UHGV virus genome: UHGV-1378608
Source: a virus
Strand: one strand, 5' to 3'
Length of the DNA stretch: 39,780 nt
The position numbers were made by a program, and so were the translations under genes. Below, piece by piece: positions 26,200 to 34,552 of the stretch; position 1 is the stretch's first letter, and the number at the start of each line of letters is the position of its first letter. Under the pieces are notes generated by a model. The model was not told the DNA's origin. It worked only from the letters and a program-made list of their open reading frames with translations, and did no database searches.

Positions 26200-27382
26200 G
26201 GTTAACCTCCTGCGGCGGTTCTGGTAGAGGCATCCAGTCGGTTACATTGCGGCTCTGCGTTTCGAAGAACTCCTCACCATTGCGGACAACATCAAAAAAC
26301 TCACCGTCTCGATATTGTGCATAAAGAACGAATGCACCATCACATAAAATAATTACGTGCTGACCATCATCAGGCATTTGCTCACTACAGCTTATCCAAC
26401 CATCCGGAGTTACCGGAGAATTGCCATTTACCAAGTCAGCTCGAACATATAGCGTGTCATCATGGTGCTGATTGTGGCTGCACCACGTTAATTCGCTTAA
26501 CTCGCCATCTTCTGGCCATACTCCAGCTGTTTGCAGCCAGATATGGGCTGGCGCATCCTGGCAAGGTGTATTAACTGGAAACTTGTAAGTTTGGCTTACA
26601 GGTTGGCTACCCTGAAGCATGGCAGCGTGGCAGGCTTCATCAACCATAGCTTCTACGTTTTCGAGAAGTACGTAACTGTACTGCTGCCCACTAACCCATT
26701 CTTTTCTGCGAGGTAATGCGCGTGGGTCCGCTACAATGGTTCGCAAACGTTCCAGAACAGCAGGCACTACCGGCTCTACTGCCAACCGACTGGCATATTT
26801 GTTAATGGTAACGATAAGCTCTTGCTCAGCCTCATCCAGACAATCACCGATACCTCGCCTGTCACCGTCAAAATCATCGAAATCGGCACGAATCTTGGCA
26901 ACCTTCAGGATTGCGGACAACACCTCACTAGGAATTACCGGATAGTTGGTTGACGTTTCCGCGATTTCCCGAAAATTATTGGTTGACGAATTCTTGTTTT
27001 CCCGAAAGTTTCCGGACTGAAGCATGGCGGCGCGGCAGGCGTTCCAGCCATCTGCGTAACAATCTCTGTGTGTCTTGAAATATGTCACCGCCCTTGGTAC
27101 ATCGTTTACGTCTATTTCATCCGGCACAACCGGCGCAGGTGAGTCAGCATAAACAGGAATAACGTCCGGTTGCTCTTTATTGCTTTCATCCGTTAAAGCC
27201 CAGAATAATTTCCCGGCCGGATGTTTGAAAATATAAGCAACTGGTTCTGCTTCCAGCGATGCCAGAGCAATTCGTGCCAGTTCTTCCGCTTCTTCTGCTG
27301 GCAGTACAACGTTGCTACCAGGTCCGTATGTTTCGCGCCACTGCTTGATTGTCAGTAGTCGCTCTTTGGTAATAGTGATCAT
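26192..27382 (-). CDS. DUF551-like protein (396 aa)
   Basis: C-terminal WMPLPEPP signature typical of DUF551 proteins in the nin-like regions of lambdoid phages. Confidence 0.5.
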   Translation of the reverse strand: MITITKERLLTIKQWRETYGPGSNVVLPAEEAEELARIALASLEAEPVAYIFKHPAGKLFWALTDESNKEQPDVIPVYADSPAPVVPDEIDVNDVPRAVTYFKTHRDCYADGWNACRAAMLQSGNFRENKNSSTNNFREIAETSTNYPVIPSEVLSAILKVAKIRADFDDFDGDRRGIGDCLDEAEQELIVTINKYASRLAVEPVVPAVLERLRTIVADPRALPRRKEWVSGQQYSYVLLENVEAMVDEACHAAMLQGSQPVSQTYKFPVNTPCQDAPAHIWLQTAGVWPEDGELSELTWCSHNQHHDDTLYVRADLVNGNSPVTPDGWISCSEQMPDDGQHVIILCDGAFVLYAQYRDGEFFDVVRNGEEFFETQSRNVTDWMPLPEPPQEVNRG

Positions 27383-27894
27383 GCCGCGTTTCCTTCTTTC
27401 TTATTAACAATTACACCGTCATATATTTCATTAAGGTGCCCTCTCAACTCCATGCGCCTTAATGCAGATAACATGTAATCGCATTCAACCTGCTTATTTC
27501 CAGTAAATGGCTTATCGTCAGGATTACCCCAACAGCAATTACCCTTGGGCCACCCATGTACCTTCCGTACTCTTCCGTTAACAACGTGAAGTAATCCCCA
27601 GCCAGGTGGTAAATCCTCAATTGAAATAATTCCCGGCTCACTAATAAAGAATCGCCAGTCGCCCATTCCAAGAGACGGATTTTTACGAAAACGCTTTTTT
27701 CTATCTGCCAACAAGTCAGCACGAGAACACTTCGCCTCTATCAGGCATGATGCTGAATTTCTGAATCCCATAGCATCTGGCTGTTCTCCGGTACTGGTTA
27801 CAGCTATAAAGCGGTCATGAAAACAAACCTTGAACCCGTTGCGCTTAAGGAACTTGTACGCAATCTGACAGAGTTCGCGGTGTGTTAACGCCAT
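27379..27894 (-). CDS. Hypothetical protein, possible PD-(D/E)xK-like nuclease fold (171 aa)
   Basis: Weak motif PDAMGF...CLIEAKCS; assignment is tentative. Confidence 0.35.
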   Translation of the reverse strand: MALTHRELCQIAYKFLKRNGFKVCFHDRFIAVTSTGEQPDAMGFRNSASCLIEAKCSRADLLADRKKRFRKNPSLGMGDWRFFISEPGIISIEDLPPGWGLLHVVNGRVRKVHGWPKGNCCWGNPDDKPFTGNKQVECDYMLSALRRMELRGHLNEIYDGVIVNKKEGNAA

Positions 27895-27895
27895 A

Positions 27896-28261
27896 TCACT
27901 CTCCTTTGATGCGAATGCCAGCGGCGCGGATTGCAGCGATGACTTCAGAAACTTTGTATGCCATTACCGTTTGGTAATCATCGTGAAAATCTGTTCGATG
28001 AAGCATGCTGCTACGTTCCGGGAGCGATATTTCCCGAGCATCCAGTTCCTTAACGCGTTCCTCCAGTTCGTAGACCCTGCATTGTTCTCTATCATCAATC
28101 AGATATAACCCAAGACATTCGCTTTCTACCCAACCGCCAAAATCATGATCGTAACGCTCACATGAAAACTCACCGTCACCGTCCTTTGTTGGAATGGTGT
28201 AACTATCTAATGGGCCACCATATGTCGGCACATTCCCCAATGTTGGATGCTCAATCCACAT
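27896..28261 (-). CDS. Hypothetical protein (121 aa); possibly the C-terminal part of a frameshifted longer gene
   Basis: The reading frame stays open about 300 nt upstream of the ATG with coiled-coil-like translation but no start codon, overlapping ORF 28372-28575 in another frame. Confidence 0.4.
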   Translation of the reverse strand: MWIEHPTLGNVPTYGGPLDSYTIPTKDGDGEFSCERYDHDFGGWVESECLGLYLIDDREQCRVYELEERVKELDAREISLPERSSMLHRTDFHDDYQTVMAYKVSEVIAAIRAAGIRIKGE

Positions 28262-28371
28262 GAAAAATGCACGTCCGGTTATTGGGCAAATATCTGGCCG
28301 CCATTGGTTACGAACAGCCTTGGTTTCGGATAATTCTTCAGCGTGTTGTTTTACTTCCTCAAGCTCAACTC

Positions 28372-28575
28372 TCAGCTTCCCAACCGTAAGAGCAATATCC
28401 TCGTTCTCCTGGTCACGGCGTTTGATGTATTGCTGGTTTCTTTCCCGTTCATCCAGTAGTGCAGTGCCACCGATGGCGTGAACGCCATACGAAACGCCAC
28501 AAAATTTTGATGCATAGGTTCTGTTTCTACTGCAACTGCCGCATCTCGCAGTGCCTGATAGTCAATTTCGCTCAC
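28372..28575 (-). CDS. Hypothetical small protein (67 aa, GTG start); possibly the N-terminal part of a frameshifted gene
   Basis: C-terminal 25 residues look non-protein-like while the overlapping frame looks coding. Confidence 0.3.
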   Translation of the reverse strand: MSEIDYQALRDAAVAVETEPMHQNFVAFRMAFTPSVALHYWMNGKETSNTSNAVTRRTRILLLRLGS

Positions 28576-28879
28576 TGGTTGTCTCCTTTGCTTGGCCTTC
28601 TAACTTCTGAGTGGTTGTATCAAACTCAAACAACTTAACCACGTCATCAAACAGGACATAATCGCCATCAGAATCTTCAGTCATGTCAGCGCCACAATCC
28701 TGACCGCACGAGTCGCAACCTCCCATATCAAGCTCGTATCGCTTCAGGTTTGCGATATTTGATAAATTCAGCGCCAGTACAGCTAGGTCATAAACCTCGT
28801 CAGCGGTATACCCTGCACCATGTCCATACATTTCAATGCGGGATATGATTTCTTCTAACCGTTGTTTTGTGATCGTCAT
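28562..28879 (-). CDS. Hypothetical acidic protein with Cys cluster (105 aa)
   Basis: ORF in early-left operon; CDSCGQDCG motif. Confidence 0.4.
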   Translation of the reverse strand: MTITKQRLEEIISRIEMYGHGAGYTADEVYDLAVLALNLSNIANLKRYELDMGGCDSCGQDCGADMTEDSDGDYVLFDDVVKLFEFDTTTQKLEGQAKETTSERN

Positions 28880-28881
28880 TT

Positions 28882-29439
28882 TTACTCACCTTCCTGTTCT
28901 TCCAGAAAAATACGCATAGCCTCAAGCATCTCTTCGGTGTCATACGGAGACAGCTTGTCACGCAGGATGTGTTCAATGCTGTTAATGAACTTTCGGATTG
29001 CTTTGCGTTCAATTTCAGTCAGGAAAGCATCGGTGGCTGGGGTGTCTGATTGCAGAGACTTTGCGCGATAGTCATTCCACCCTCTTGCATACATGGGATT
29101 AACTCGCACTCCATCTTTTACGCAATATGCCTGACCTCCACGGTTGATAACCTTGATTTCGTCCATAGCGCCAGACTTCAGCCCCGCATTCTCCGCCGCC
29201 AGCGCTGAAAACTTCTCGTGTGCCAACTTAACAGCCGAATCAGCCTGCTTAATTGACTCAATCGCTTTCTGCTGGTCTTCGGCCAGCGCATTAGCACGCA
29301 CCAGTTGCACTTCCAGTTGCGTTGCCAAATCGCTGATCAGCTTTGCCACACTACGCATATCAACGGCACCACATTCTGCTTTCAGTTCCGAAGCCATCTC
29401 ATGCCCGGCGGAAACTAACCATTTGATATTACTTTCCAT
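28882..29439 (-). CDS. Ea22/Ead-like early protein (185 aa)
   Basis: Coiled-coil-rich protein in the position typical of Ea22-like genes; family assignment from memory. Confidence 0.4.
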   Translation of the reverse strand: MESNIKWLVSAGHEMASELKAECGAVDMRSVAKLISDLATQLEVQLVRANALAEDQQKAIESIKQADSAVKLAHEKFSALAAENAGLKSGAMDEIKVINRGGQAYCVKDGVRVNPMYARGWNDYRAKSLQSDTPATDAFLTEIERKAIRKFINSIEHILRDKLSPYDTEEMLEAMRIFLEEQEGE

Positions 29440-29500
29440 CTTTACCCTCGCTTATCCACATAACTTATTGATTACATTGATAACTAAAAAGATCGTCGAT

Positions 29501-29848
29501 TCAGAACTCTTCGATGTTCCAGCCGCCACCTGCTTTCTTTGGTTTAACCGTTACCCCGATGATTCGGAACGGATACTGATCTGCGGCTACTTTGGTTTTC
29601 ACCCTGGCGTCGTCGGTCCAGAATCCCCCTTTCACTTCGTGCAGTTCCATCTCTCCGGTGGCGAGCATCACAGCGAAATCGGGCGTATAGAACGTGTTGT
29701 CAGCTAACCGCAGCTTGATACCCTCGAATCGATACCAGGCGATTTCCCCTGCACGTTTACGCTGCTCAAGGTGCTGGCAATACGCAGATTCTGTTTTGTT
29801 CATCTGGCCTGTTTTGAGTCGACCAAGAGCCTGTATCTGTTTTCTCAT
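29501..29848 (-). CDS. DUF1064-like phage protein (115 aa)
   Basis: Pattern AYCQHLE...WYRFEGIKLRLADNTFYTPDF...HEVKGG.WTDDARVK matches my recollection of DUF1064 proteins found next to phage replication genes. Confidence 0.45.
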   Translation of the reverse strand: MRKQIQALGRLKTGQMNKTESAYCQHLEQRKRAGEIAWYRFEGIKLRLADNTFYTPDFAVMLATGEMELHEVKGGFWTDDARVKTKVAADQYPFRIIGVTVKPKKAGGGWNIEEF

Positions 29849-29851
29849 GAT

Positions 29852-29866
29852 TTACCTCTAAGGTAA
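29852..29866 (+). promoter_or_regulatory. Operator-like palindrome TTACCTCTAAGGTAA
   Basis: Perfect TTACCT-N4-GGTAA site 4 bp upstream of the minus-strand ATG at 29848. Confidence 0.45.
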
Positions 29867-29913
29867 TTAAAAACCACATAAGACACGAAATCAATAGAGT
29901 TTAGAATATTTTG

Positions 29914-29928
29914 TTACCTCATAGGTAA
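29914..29928 (+). promoter_or_regulatory. Operator-like palindrome TTACCTCATAGGTAA
   Basis: Second perfect site in the same intergenic gap, about 60 bp from the first. Confidence 0.45.
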
Positions 29929-29965
29929 TTGTTGAGGCGTAAAAAAATGCGCTATCGCGCTGGTA

Positions 29966-30766
29966 TTACTTGATAAATCCTGCCGCCTTTCCCCGCCTGT
30001 ATTCCTCCATCAGCCACTGCGCCGGTGTTATTCCCCCAAGGGTGGCGGCGTTAGGCATGCACCCGAAACTTCGCCCTGGTGGATGGTAAACGTCTCTCCC
30101 TGTGTCCGGAGGTGTACTCATGGGCTCTGGCTTTGCCTGTATGCTGATCACCGGATCGGGTATCTGCTGTCCGGAAGCCACCTTTTTCGCCCAATCATCG
30201 AGCAGCCTGCGCGCGTGTTTCTCAACCTCAATCTCGCTAAGCTGGCGCTGATACATTGCACGGCGGGTATCACATACGACCCAGTACATAACCGGATGCC
30301 GCCACGGGAATCTTTCGGGACCACCAGGATATAAACTTTTTTCCTTGCTGTACCGGTGAAACTCCGCCATCACATCGTCAATGGTGACGCCAAGAACCAT
30401 CTTGCTGTCTTTGCACCACTTGATGAATTGCCCTGGCGACGGCCAGAACGGAGATTCACTGGCGCGGGCGTGGCGCATACCAGCAGAAACCTGTTCACGG
30501 GTTCGGATCCCACCTTCGGCAAACGCAGCAATCCACTGCTGTTTTGCAGCGACTTCCTGCTCTGGCGTCTTCAGGTTGGTTACCACTGCCGCCGGAAACA
30601 GTTGTTTCAGCTGTTTGAAAAGGGCATCAACAAGCCTCTCTGCTGACATGTTCACCACGTTGTCATTGTTGGTGTACTGATGCTCATAACCTGACATGCG
30701 AGAAAGGGCTTCTCCGTCACGGTTTTGTATCGCGGTAAAAACGTTGTTCACAAGAAATCCTCCCAT
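29966..30766 (-). CDS. Replication protein P-like (lambda P family helicase loader)
   Basis: Collinear similarity to lambda P as I recall it: QWIAAFAEGGIRTREQVSAGMRHAR, FWPSPGQFIKWC, SLYPGG..FPWRHPVMYWVV, IPDPV. Confidence 0.7.
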   Translation of the reverse strand: MGGFLVNNVFTAIQNRDGEALSRMSGYEHQYTNNDNVVNMSAERLVDALFKQLKQLFPAAVVTNLKTPEQEVAAKQQWIAAFAEGGIRTREQVSAGMRHARASESPFWPSPGQFIKWCKDSKMVLGVTIDDVMAEFHRYSKEKSLYPGGPERFPWRHPVMYWVVCDTRRAMYQRQLSEIEVEKHARRLLDDWAKKVASGQQIPDPVISIQAKPEPMSTPPDTGRDVYHPPGRSFGCMPNAATLGGITPAQWLMEEYRRGKAAGFIK

Positions 30767-31563
30767 GCTTCAGGGCTGTTCCAGTGCGGAACGTTGTTAT
30801 CAGGTAATGTTGATTGCTTCTGTCTGCTAATCTGCAGCCGCCTTGCCAGCTTCTGCTCCCACTGTGCCTGATGGTATGCCTTACCCTCAGCCATCCAGTA
30901 AATTCTGAACTCTGCAAGTTCCTGTGCCGTTGGCAGACTGTCCAGGTAGATCCCCTGCAATGAGCTTTTCCGAAGAAAGTCATCTGATGGCTGCCATTGT
31001 TCATGCATGACAAATTTGCCTAATTGCCCTGGCCCACCAGGAGGAACAAAGTTATTCATCACGGCGTTGTTTGCGCCGGGGTCATGAGGCACAGAATCCC
31101 CGCTTTTTGTCCTGCTCTCCCTCTCTTGGTTAAATGACTGGTTATATGACTGGTTCTGGATCCCGTTTTTGGGATCATTCAACATCCCGTTTTTGGGATC
31201 ATTCAACATCCCGTTTTTGGGTATATTCCCGTTTTCGGTAACATTACCGTTTTCGGGTTCATTACCCCCTTCCCGGTTGCCTTTAATGTTCCCGTTTTTG
31301 GTTATATTAAGAGAGAAAACCCGCACTCTTTTCGTCGCTCCCTTTCTCTCTCCGGTATCTGAAATAAGCCCCATTTTCATGAGCGATATAAGCCCGGCCT
31401 GCACGGTTTTTTTGTTCAGGCAAGTGTCTTTAACGAGGCGTTCTATGCTGGGGTAGCAGAGGTTATATTCATCGGCTCTGTCAGCCATCGAGAGCAGTAT
31501 GAGCTTTAATGACGAGCTACCTGGATCTGTCTCCCAGGCCCAATCTGTTGCATGTCTGCTCAT
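30748..31563 (-). CDS. Replication initiator O-like protein with internal iteron-containing origin
   Basis: N-terminal winged-helix-like DNA-binding region; central Asn/Gly-rich repetitive segment encoded by DNA iterons; immediately upstream of the P-like gene. Confidence 0.65.
   Translation of the reverse strand: MSRHATDWAWETDPGSSSLKLILLSMADRADEYNLCYPSIERLVKDTCLNKKTVQAGLISLMKMGLISDTGERKGATKRVRVFSLNITKNGNIKGNREGGNEPENGNVTENGNIPKNGMLNDPKNGMLNDPKNGIQNQSYNQSFNQERESRTKSGDSVPHDPGANNAVMNNFVPPGGPGQLGKFVMHEQWQPSDDFLRKSSLQGIYLDSLPTAQELAEFRIYWMAEGKAYHQAQWEQKLARRLQISRQKQSTLPDNNVPHWNSPEAWEDFL
31158..31310. repeat. Origin-like iteron array (about 6 copies of ATCCCGTTTTTGGGATCATT-like repeat) with GATC sites
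   Basis: Two exact 24-bp tandem copies atcccgtttttgggatcattcaac followed by diverged copies (cccgttttcggtaacatt, accgttttcgggttcatt, ttcccgtttttggttatatt) and an AT-rich stretch. Confidence 0.65.
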
Positions 31564-31578
31564 GATTAATCTCCGCTA

Positions 31579-31842
31579 TCAGCTTGAATGTTGTGGGGAG
31601 GAATTAATCATGATCTGCTTAATCTCTGCCCTGATACGACGGTTTGATTCCATGGTGCACTCAACACAGTGTCCGTTGTAAACCCAGCGTTCACTGTCAT
31701 GTCCGTGCTTACATGTTTTTCCGGTGTAGTAGCGTTTAAGTCCGCGCTTTGCGGCATCAATACGTGTAATGATTTCCATGGTAAGCCCTGCTATTAGTAT
31801 TGGGATTACGGTCATTTTGTGCTGACACAAAAAAAAGATCAA
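31579..31842 (-). CDS. Small zinc-ribbon protein in CII-equivalent position
   Basis: TCKHGHDSERWVYNGHCVEC motif; first gene after the Cro-like gene and terminator; start uncertain (31842, 31815 or 31779). Confidence 0.4.
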   Translation of the reverse strand: MIFFLCQHKMTVIPILIAGLTMEIITRIDAAKRGLKRYYTGKTCKHGHDSERWVYNGHCVECTMESNRRIRAEIKQIMINSSPQHSS

Positions 31843-31859
31843 CCAGATTTGGTTTTTTA

Positions 31860-31874
31860 TTACCTTTGAGGTAC
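31860..31874 (+). promoter_or_regulatory. Operator-like palindrome TTACCTTTGAGGTAC (1 mismatch)
   Basis: Between the tR1-like terminator and the next minus-strand gene. Confidence 0.4.
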
Positions 31875-31880
31875 GAATAG

Positions 31881-31907
31881 ATATGAAAAGACCGCCGGGT
31901 GGCGGTC
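31881..31907 (-). terminator. tR1-like terminator after the Cro-like gene (minus strand)
   Basis: Perfect 7-bp stem gaccgcc/ggcggtc with 4-nt loop followed on the minus strand by TTTTC. Confidence 0.5.
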
Positions 31908-31929
31908 TACAGAGGGTTGTAGCTGGATA

Positions 31930-32160
31930 TCATGAGTAGAAGAAGTATGCCAGTTCTGCTTTTGAGCGCAGCCATTGTCTTGTTTTACAGGCTTTAAAAA
32001 GCCCATTCATCAATACTTTACCTGGCATTTTGCGCTTACCTGTTAAGTGAGTCTGGATATAGTGACTCGTCGTTCCGGCTTCCTGTGCGAAGGCTTCACG
32101 CTCATCCGGAGTAAGTGCAAGCCAGTGCTTTTTGAAATCGAAATGTTCGTTATCGCTCAT
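31930..32160 (-). CDS. Cro-like HTH regulator (76 aa)
   Basis: Small protein with HTH-like segment REAFAQEAGTTSHYIQTHL; first gene of the leftward operon, divergent from the repressor gene. Confidence 0.5.
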   Translation of the reverse strand: MSDNEHFDFKKHWLALTPDEREAFAQEAGTTSHYIQTHLTGKRKMPGKVLMNGLFKACKTRQWLRSKAELAYFFYS

Positions 32161-32185
32161 AGCTATTGCCTGATATTTATTTCAG

Positions 32186-32214
32186 ATAATAAATATTCAC
32201 CCATAAGGTAACAA
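32186..32214 (-). promoter_or_regulatory. PR-like promoter for the leftward operon (TTGTTA-17-TATTAT on minus strand)
   Basis: -35 and -10 hexamers with 17-bp spacer that contains an operator half-palindrome; about 20 nt upstream of the Cro-like start. Confidence 0.45.
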
Positions 32215-32259
32215 AAATCAAGGATAGTTACCTATGGGGTGCATTTACCTGTTGGGTAA
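32197..32259. promoter_or_regulatory. OR-like tripartite operator (three TTACCT-N4-GGTAA-type sites)
   Basis: Sites at 32197-32211 (tcacccataaggtaa), 32228-32242 (degenerate) and 32245-32259 (ttacctgttgggtaa, perfect) in the divergent region between the Cro-like and repressor genes. Confidence 0.55.
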
Positions 32260-32314
32260 TATTGCTTTAAATTGAATCATCTACTGATTCATATATGAGG
32301 CGATTTTCCAGAAA

Positions 32315-32899
32315 ATGAAAAGTATCCAGGACGTCCGCAGGCAAAATCTCAACGACTTGATCGACCGTGAATTCAATGGTGTTCAGACGCGGATGGCAGA
32401 AAAACTTGGAACTCAGGCAAATCTGGTAAACCGCTGGGCTCTTGGCAAGAAGGTTATCGGCGACCAGGTTGCGCGAAAAATTGAAGCTGCCGCCAATAAA
32501 CCACGTAACTGGCTTGATATCGATCGCTCGCTTTCTCAGGAAGGTTTTCAGCCTGTCGGCCCGAGCGATATAGGTCAGCTGGCGGCTCACAACCTGGAAC
32601 GCTGGATGAGCGAAAGCCGCGACCTTTCAACACAGGGAAAACTTCACCGCGCATCCGGCGTCGCCCAGGTGACAATCAGCCGCCTGTTAAACAATGAAGT
32701 CAGCGTTTCCATTTCCACCCTGGAGAATGTTGCATCCGCATTCGGGCGTCACGGCTATGAATTACTGATTCACCCGCACGACCCTGCGACTATCAACTAT
32801 GATCGCTCGCGCTACGCATTGTTACCTGAAACAGAGAAGGCAAAGATCGAAAGTTACATTGAATTTGTCATCAACCAGAACGAAAAAAGCAAACAATAA
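32315..32899 (+). CDS. Phage repressor candidate, tandem XRE-type HTH, no recognisable S24 peptidase domain
   Basis: 194 aa; two HTH-like segments (VQTRMAEKLGTQANLVNRW and GVAQVTISRLLNNEVSVSISTLENVASAF); transcribed from the OR-like region toward the OL-like region, as lambda cI is. Confidence 0.55.
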   Translation: MKSIQDVRRQNLNDLIDREFNGVQTRMAEKLGTQANLVNRWALGKKVIGDQVARKIEAAANKPRNWLDIDRSLSQEGFQPVGPSDIGQLAAHNLERWMSESRDLSTQGKLHRASGVAQVTISRLLNNEVSVSISTLENVASAFGRHGYELLIHPHDPATINYDRSRYALLPETEKAKIESYIEFVINQNEKSKQ

Positions 32900-32920
32900 A
32901 ATCATATTTTTCAGTAAGTA

Positions 32921-32946
32921 AGCCGCCTCATGGCGGCTTTTTTATT
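32921..32946 (+). terminator. Rho-independent terminator after the repressor gene
   Basis: Stem agccgcc/ggcggct followed by TTTTTTATT. Confidence 0.6.
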
Positions 32947-32956
32947 GCCTATGCGA

Positions 32957-33033
32957 TTACCTTATGGGTAATTTTTTTAACTCATATCTATTGACATCAA
33001 ACCAGATACGCATAATTATTACCTCAACGGTAA
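32957..33033 (+). promoter_or_regulatory. OL/PL-like region: two perfect operator palindromes flanking a TTGACA -35 hexamer
   Basis: ttaccttatgggtaa (32957-32971), TTGACA (32991-32996), AATTAT-like -10 about 17 bp downstream, ttacctcaacggtaa (33019-33033) overlapping the -10/+1 region. Confidence 0.55.
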
Positions 33034-33052
33034 CAGACCGAGGTAACAAGTT

Positions 33053-33202
33053 ATGCAGTGGAAAATCATCAACGGTTGGTACTGCGTTACTGCATGCGGA
33101 TTCATGAGCTGGAAGTTCCGCACCTTACAGGAAGGCATTAAGTGGGCTTTCGTCAGCAAAGAAGCTCGCGATGTAGCCAACGATAACGAGATATGGGAGT
33201 AG
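33053..33202 (+). CDS. Small ORF (49 aa) at head of rightward early operon
   Basis: ATG with GAGG RBS 10 nt upstream; below ORF-track size cutoff; coding status unverified. Confidence 0.3.
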   Translation: MQWKIINGWYCVTACGFMSWKFRTLQEGIKWAFVSKEARDVANDNEIWE

Positions 33203-33210
33203 GTTAGCAA

Positions 33211-34245
33211 ATGAGTGAATTATCAATCATCGAAATCACACCAGACATGGCACCAAGAATTTACGTTGAAAAAGGGCTGGAAAAGTTTCTCGAGCAGATC
33301 CGTGAAGGTGTTAATGAAGTGCCTGACATTAGCACAGACAAAGGCAGAAAGCGCATTGCATCTCTGGCTGCGAAGGTTTCAAGAAGTAAAACAGCGGTAG
33401 AAAAACCAGGACGTGATTATCTGAAACGCCTGAAAGAACAGCCGAAAGTAGTTGAAGCAGAGTTACGACGCTTCGTAACCGAATGCGATCGGCTTCGTGA
33501 TGAAGTACGCCGCCCACTCACCGAGTGGGAAAATGCTGAGAAATTACGCACTGAAGCACTGCAACAACGCCTGACAAATTTGCGAGCACTAGCTGACGTG
33601 ATCGATCTCTCCGGAAACTACTTGCCATCATCTGATATTCAGGAACGAATTCAAGAGGCTAAATCAGTAGCACTTGATGAAAGTTGGCAGGAGTACGCAG
33701 CAGAAGCTGGAGTAGCCAAGGATTCAACCATCCAGAAACTGGAAGAATCACTCGCAGTAGCTCAAAAACGCGAGCGTGAAGCCGCTGAGCTGGAGCGACT
33801 TCGCAAAGAAGCGGAGGAAAAAGCGCGCATTGAGCGAGAAGAGAATATCCGCCGGGAAGCTGCTGAACAGGCCAGGCTCGAAGCTGAACAAAAAGCGAAA
33901 GCTGAAATTGAGGCTGCGGCACGCCTGGCGGCGGAAGAAAAAGCACGTGCAGAAGTAGCAGAACGTCAGCGAATTGAAGCAGAGCAGCGTGCACGACGCG
34001 AAAAAGAAGAAGCCGTTGCCGAGGAACGCCGACGCCAAGAGGCGGCAGAAAAAGCCCGCCTTGACGAACAGAAGCGTATCGCCGACGAAGAAGCGCGCCG
34101 AGCTGCAGATAAAGAGCATCGCCGTACCGTTAACCGCAGAGTAATCGCAGATCTGATAGCCCAAGGCATTCACGAAGAATTCGCGCAGAAAGCAATGTTG
34201 GCTATCGCTGGCGGCAAAGTGCAGGACGCGTATATCAAATATTGA
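33211..34245 (+). CDS. Large coiled-coil protein with Glu/Ala/Arg/Lys-rich repetitive region (344 aa)
   Basis: N-terminal globular part then about 150 aa of EAERxRxEAEQ-type repeats; first large gene of the recombination module. Confidence 0.45.
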   Translation: MSELSIIEITPDMAPRIYVEKGLEKFLEQIREGVNEVPDISTDKGRKRIASLAAKVSRSKTAVEKPGRDYLKRLKEQPKVVEAELRRFVTECDRLRDEVRRPLTEWENAEKLRTEALQQRLTNLRALADVIDLSGNYLPSSDIQERIQEAKSVALDESWQEYAAEAGVAKDSTIQKLEESLAVAQKREREAAELERLRKEAEEKARIEREENIRREAAEQARLEAEQKAKAEIEAAARLAAEEKARAEVAERQRIEAEQRARREKEEAVAEERRRQEAAEKARLDEQKRIADEEARRAADKEHRRTVNRRVIADLIAQGIHEEFAQKAMLAIAGGKVQDAYIKY

Positions 34246-34246
34246 G

Positions 34247-34552
34247 GTGGGTATGAACGTTAATCAGCAGAAAAATCTTCAAAAAATCATGCTGGCATTC
34301 GACAAGGACTACCGTCTGTCAGAACAGCTATATGACCGACAAGTTGAACTGATTGAGAGTATCCGGCTTCATCAACTGGCATCAACTTTCGACGTTGTAA
34401 CAGTTAAAGGCGTTCGCCAGGAAGTACTGGAGGCCGCTAAAGACAGCCCTGAGTTCGAAGAACTAATGGATGCCTACCGGCGCGAGGCAATGGCAATTAT
34501 CGCCCGCTGGGATCTGGCTGATCAGCTTGATGGGCAGAGGGACGCGGCATGA
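34247..34552 (+). CDS. Hypothetical protein (101 aa)
   Basis: Translationally coupled ORF between the coiled-coil gene and the exonuclease. Confidence 0.45.
   Translation: MGMNVNQQKNLQKIMLAFDKDYRLSEQLYDRQVELIESIRLHQLASTFDVVTVKGVRQEVLEAAKDSPEFEELMDAYRREAMAIIARWDLADQLDGQRDAA

Noticed and set aside
33776-34173. Several overlapping ORFs on both strands inside 33211-34245
   Set aside because: They arise from the low-complexity GAA/GCG-rich repeat DNA encoding the Glu/Ala/Arg-rich coiled coil; repetitive codon composition makes every frame open.
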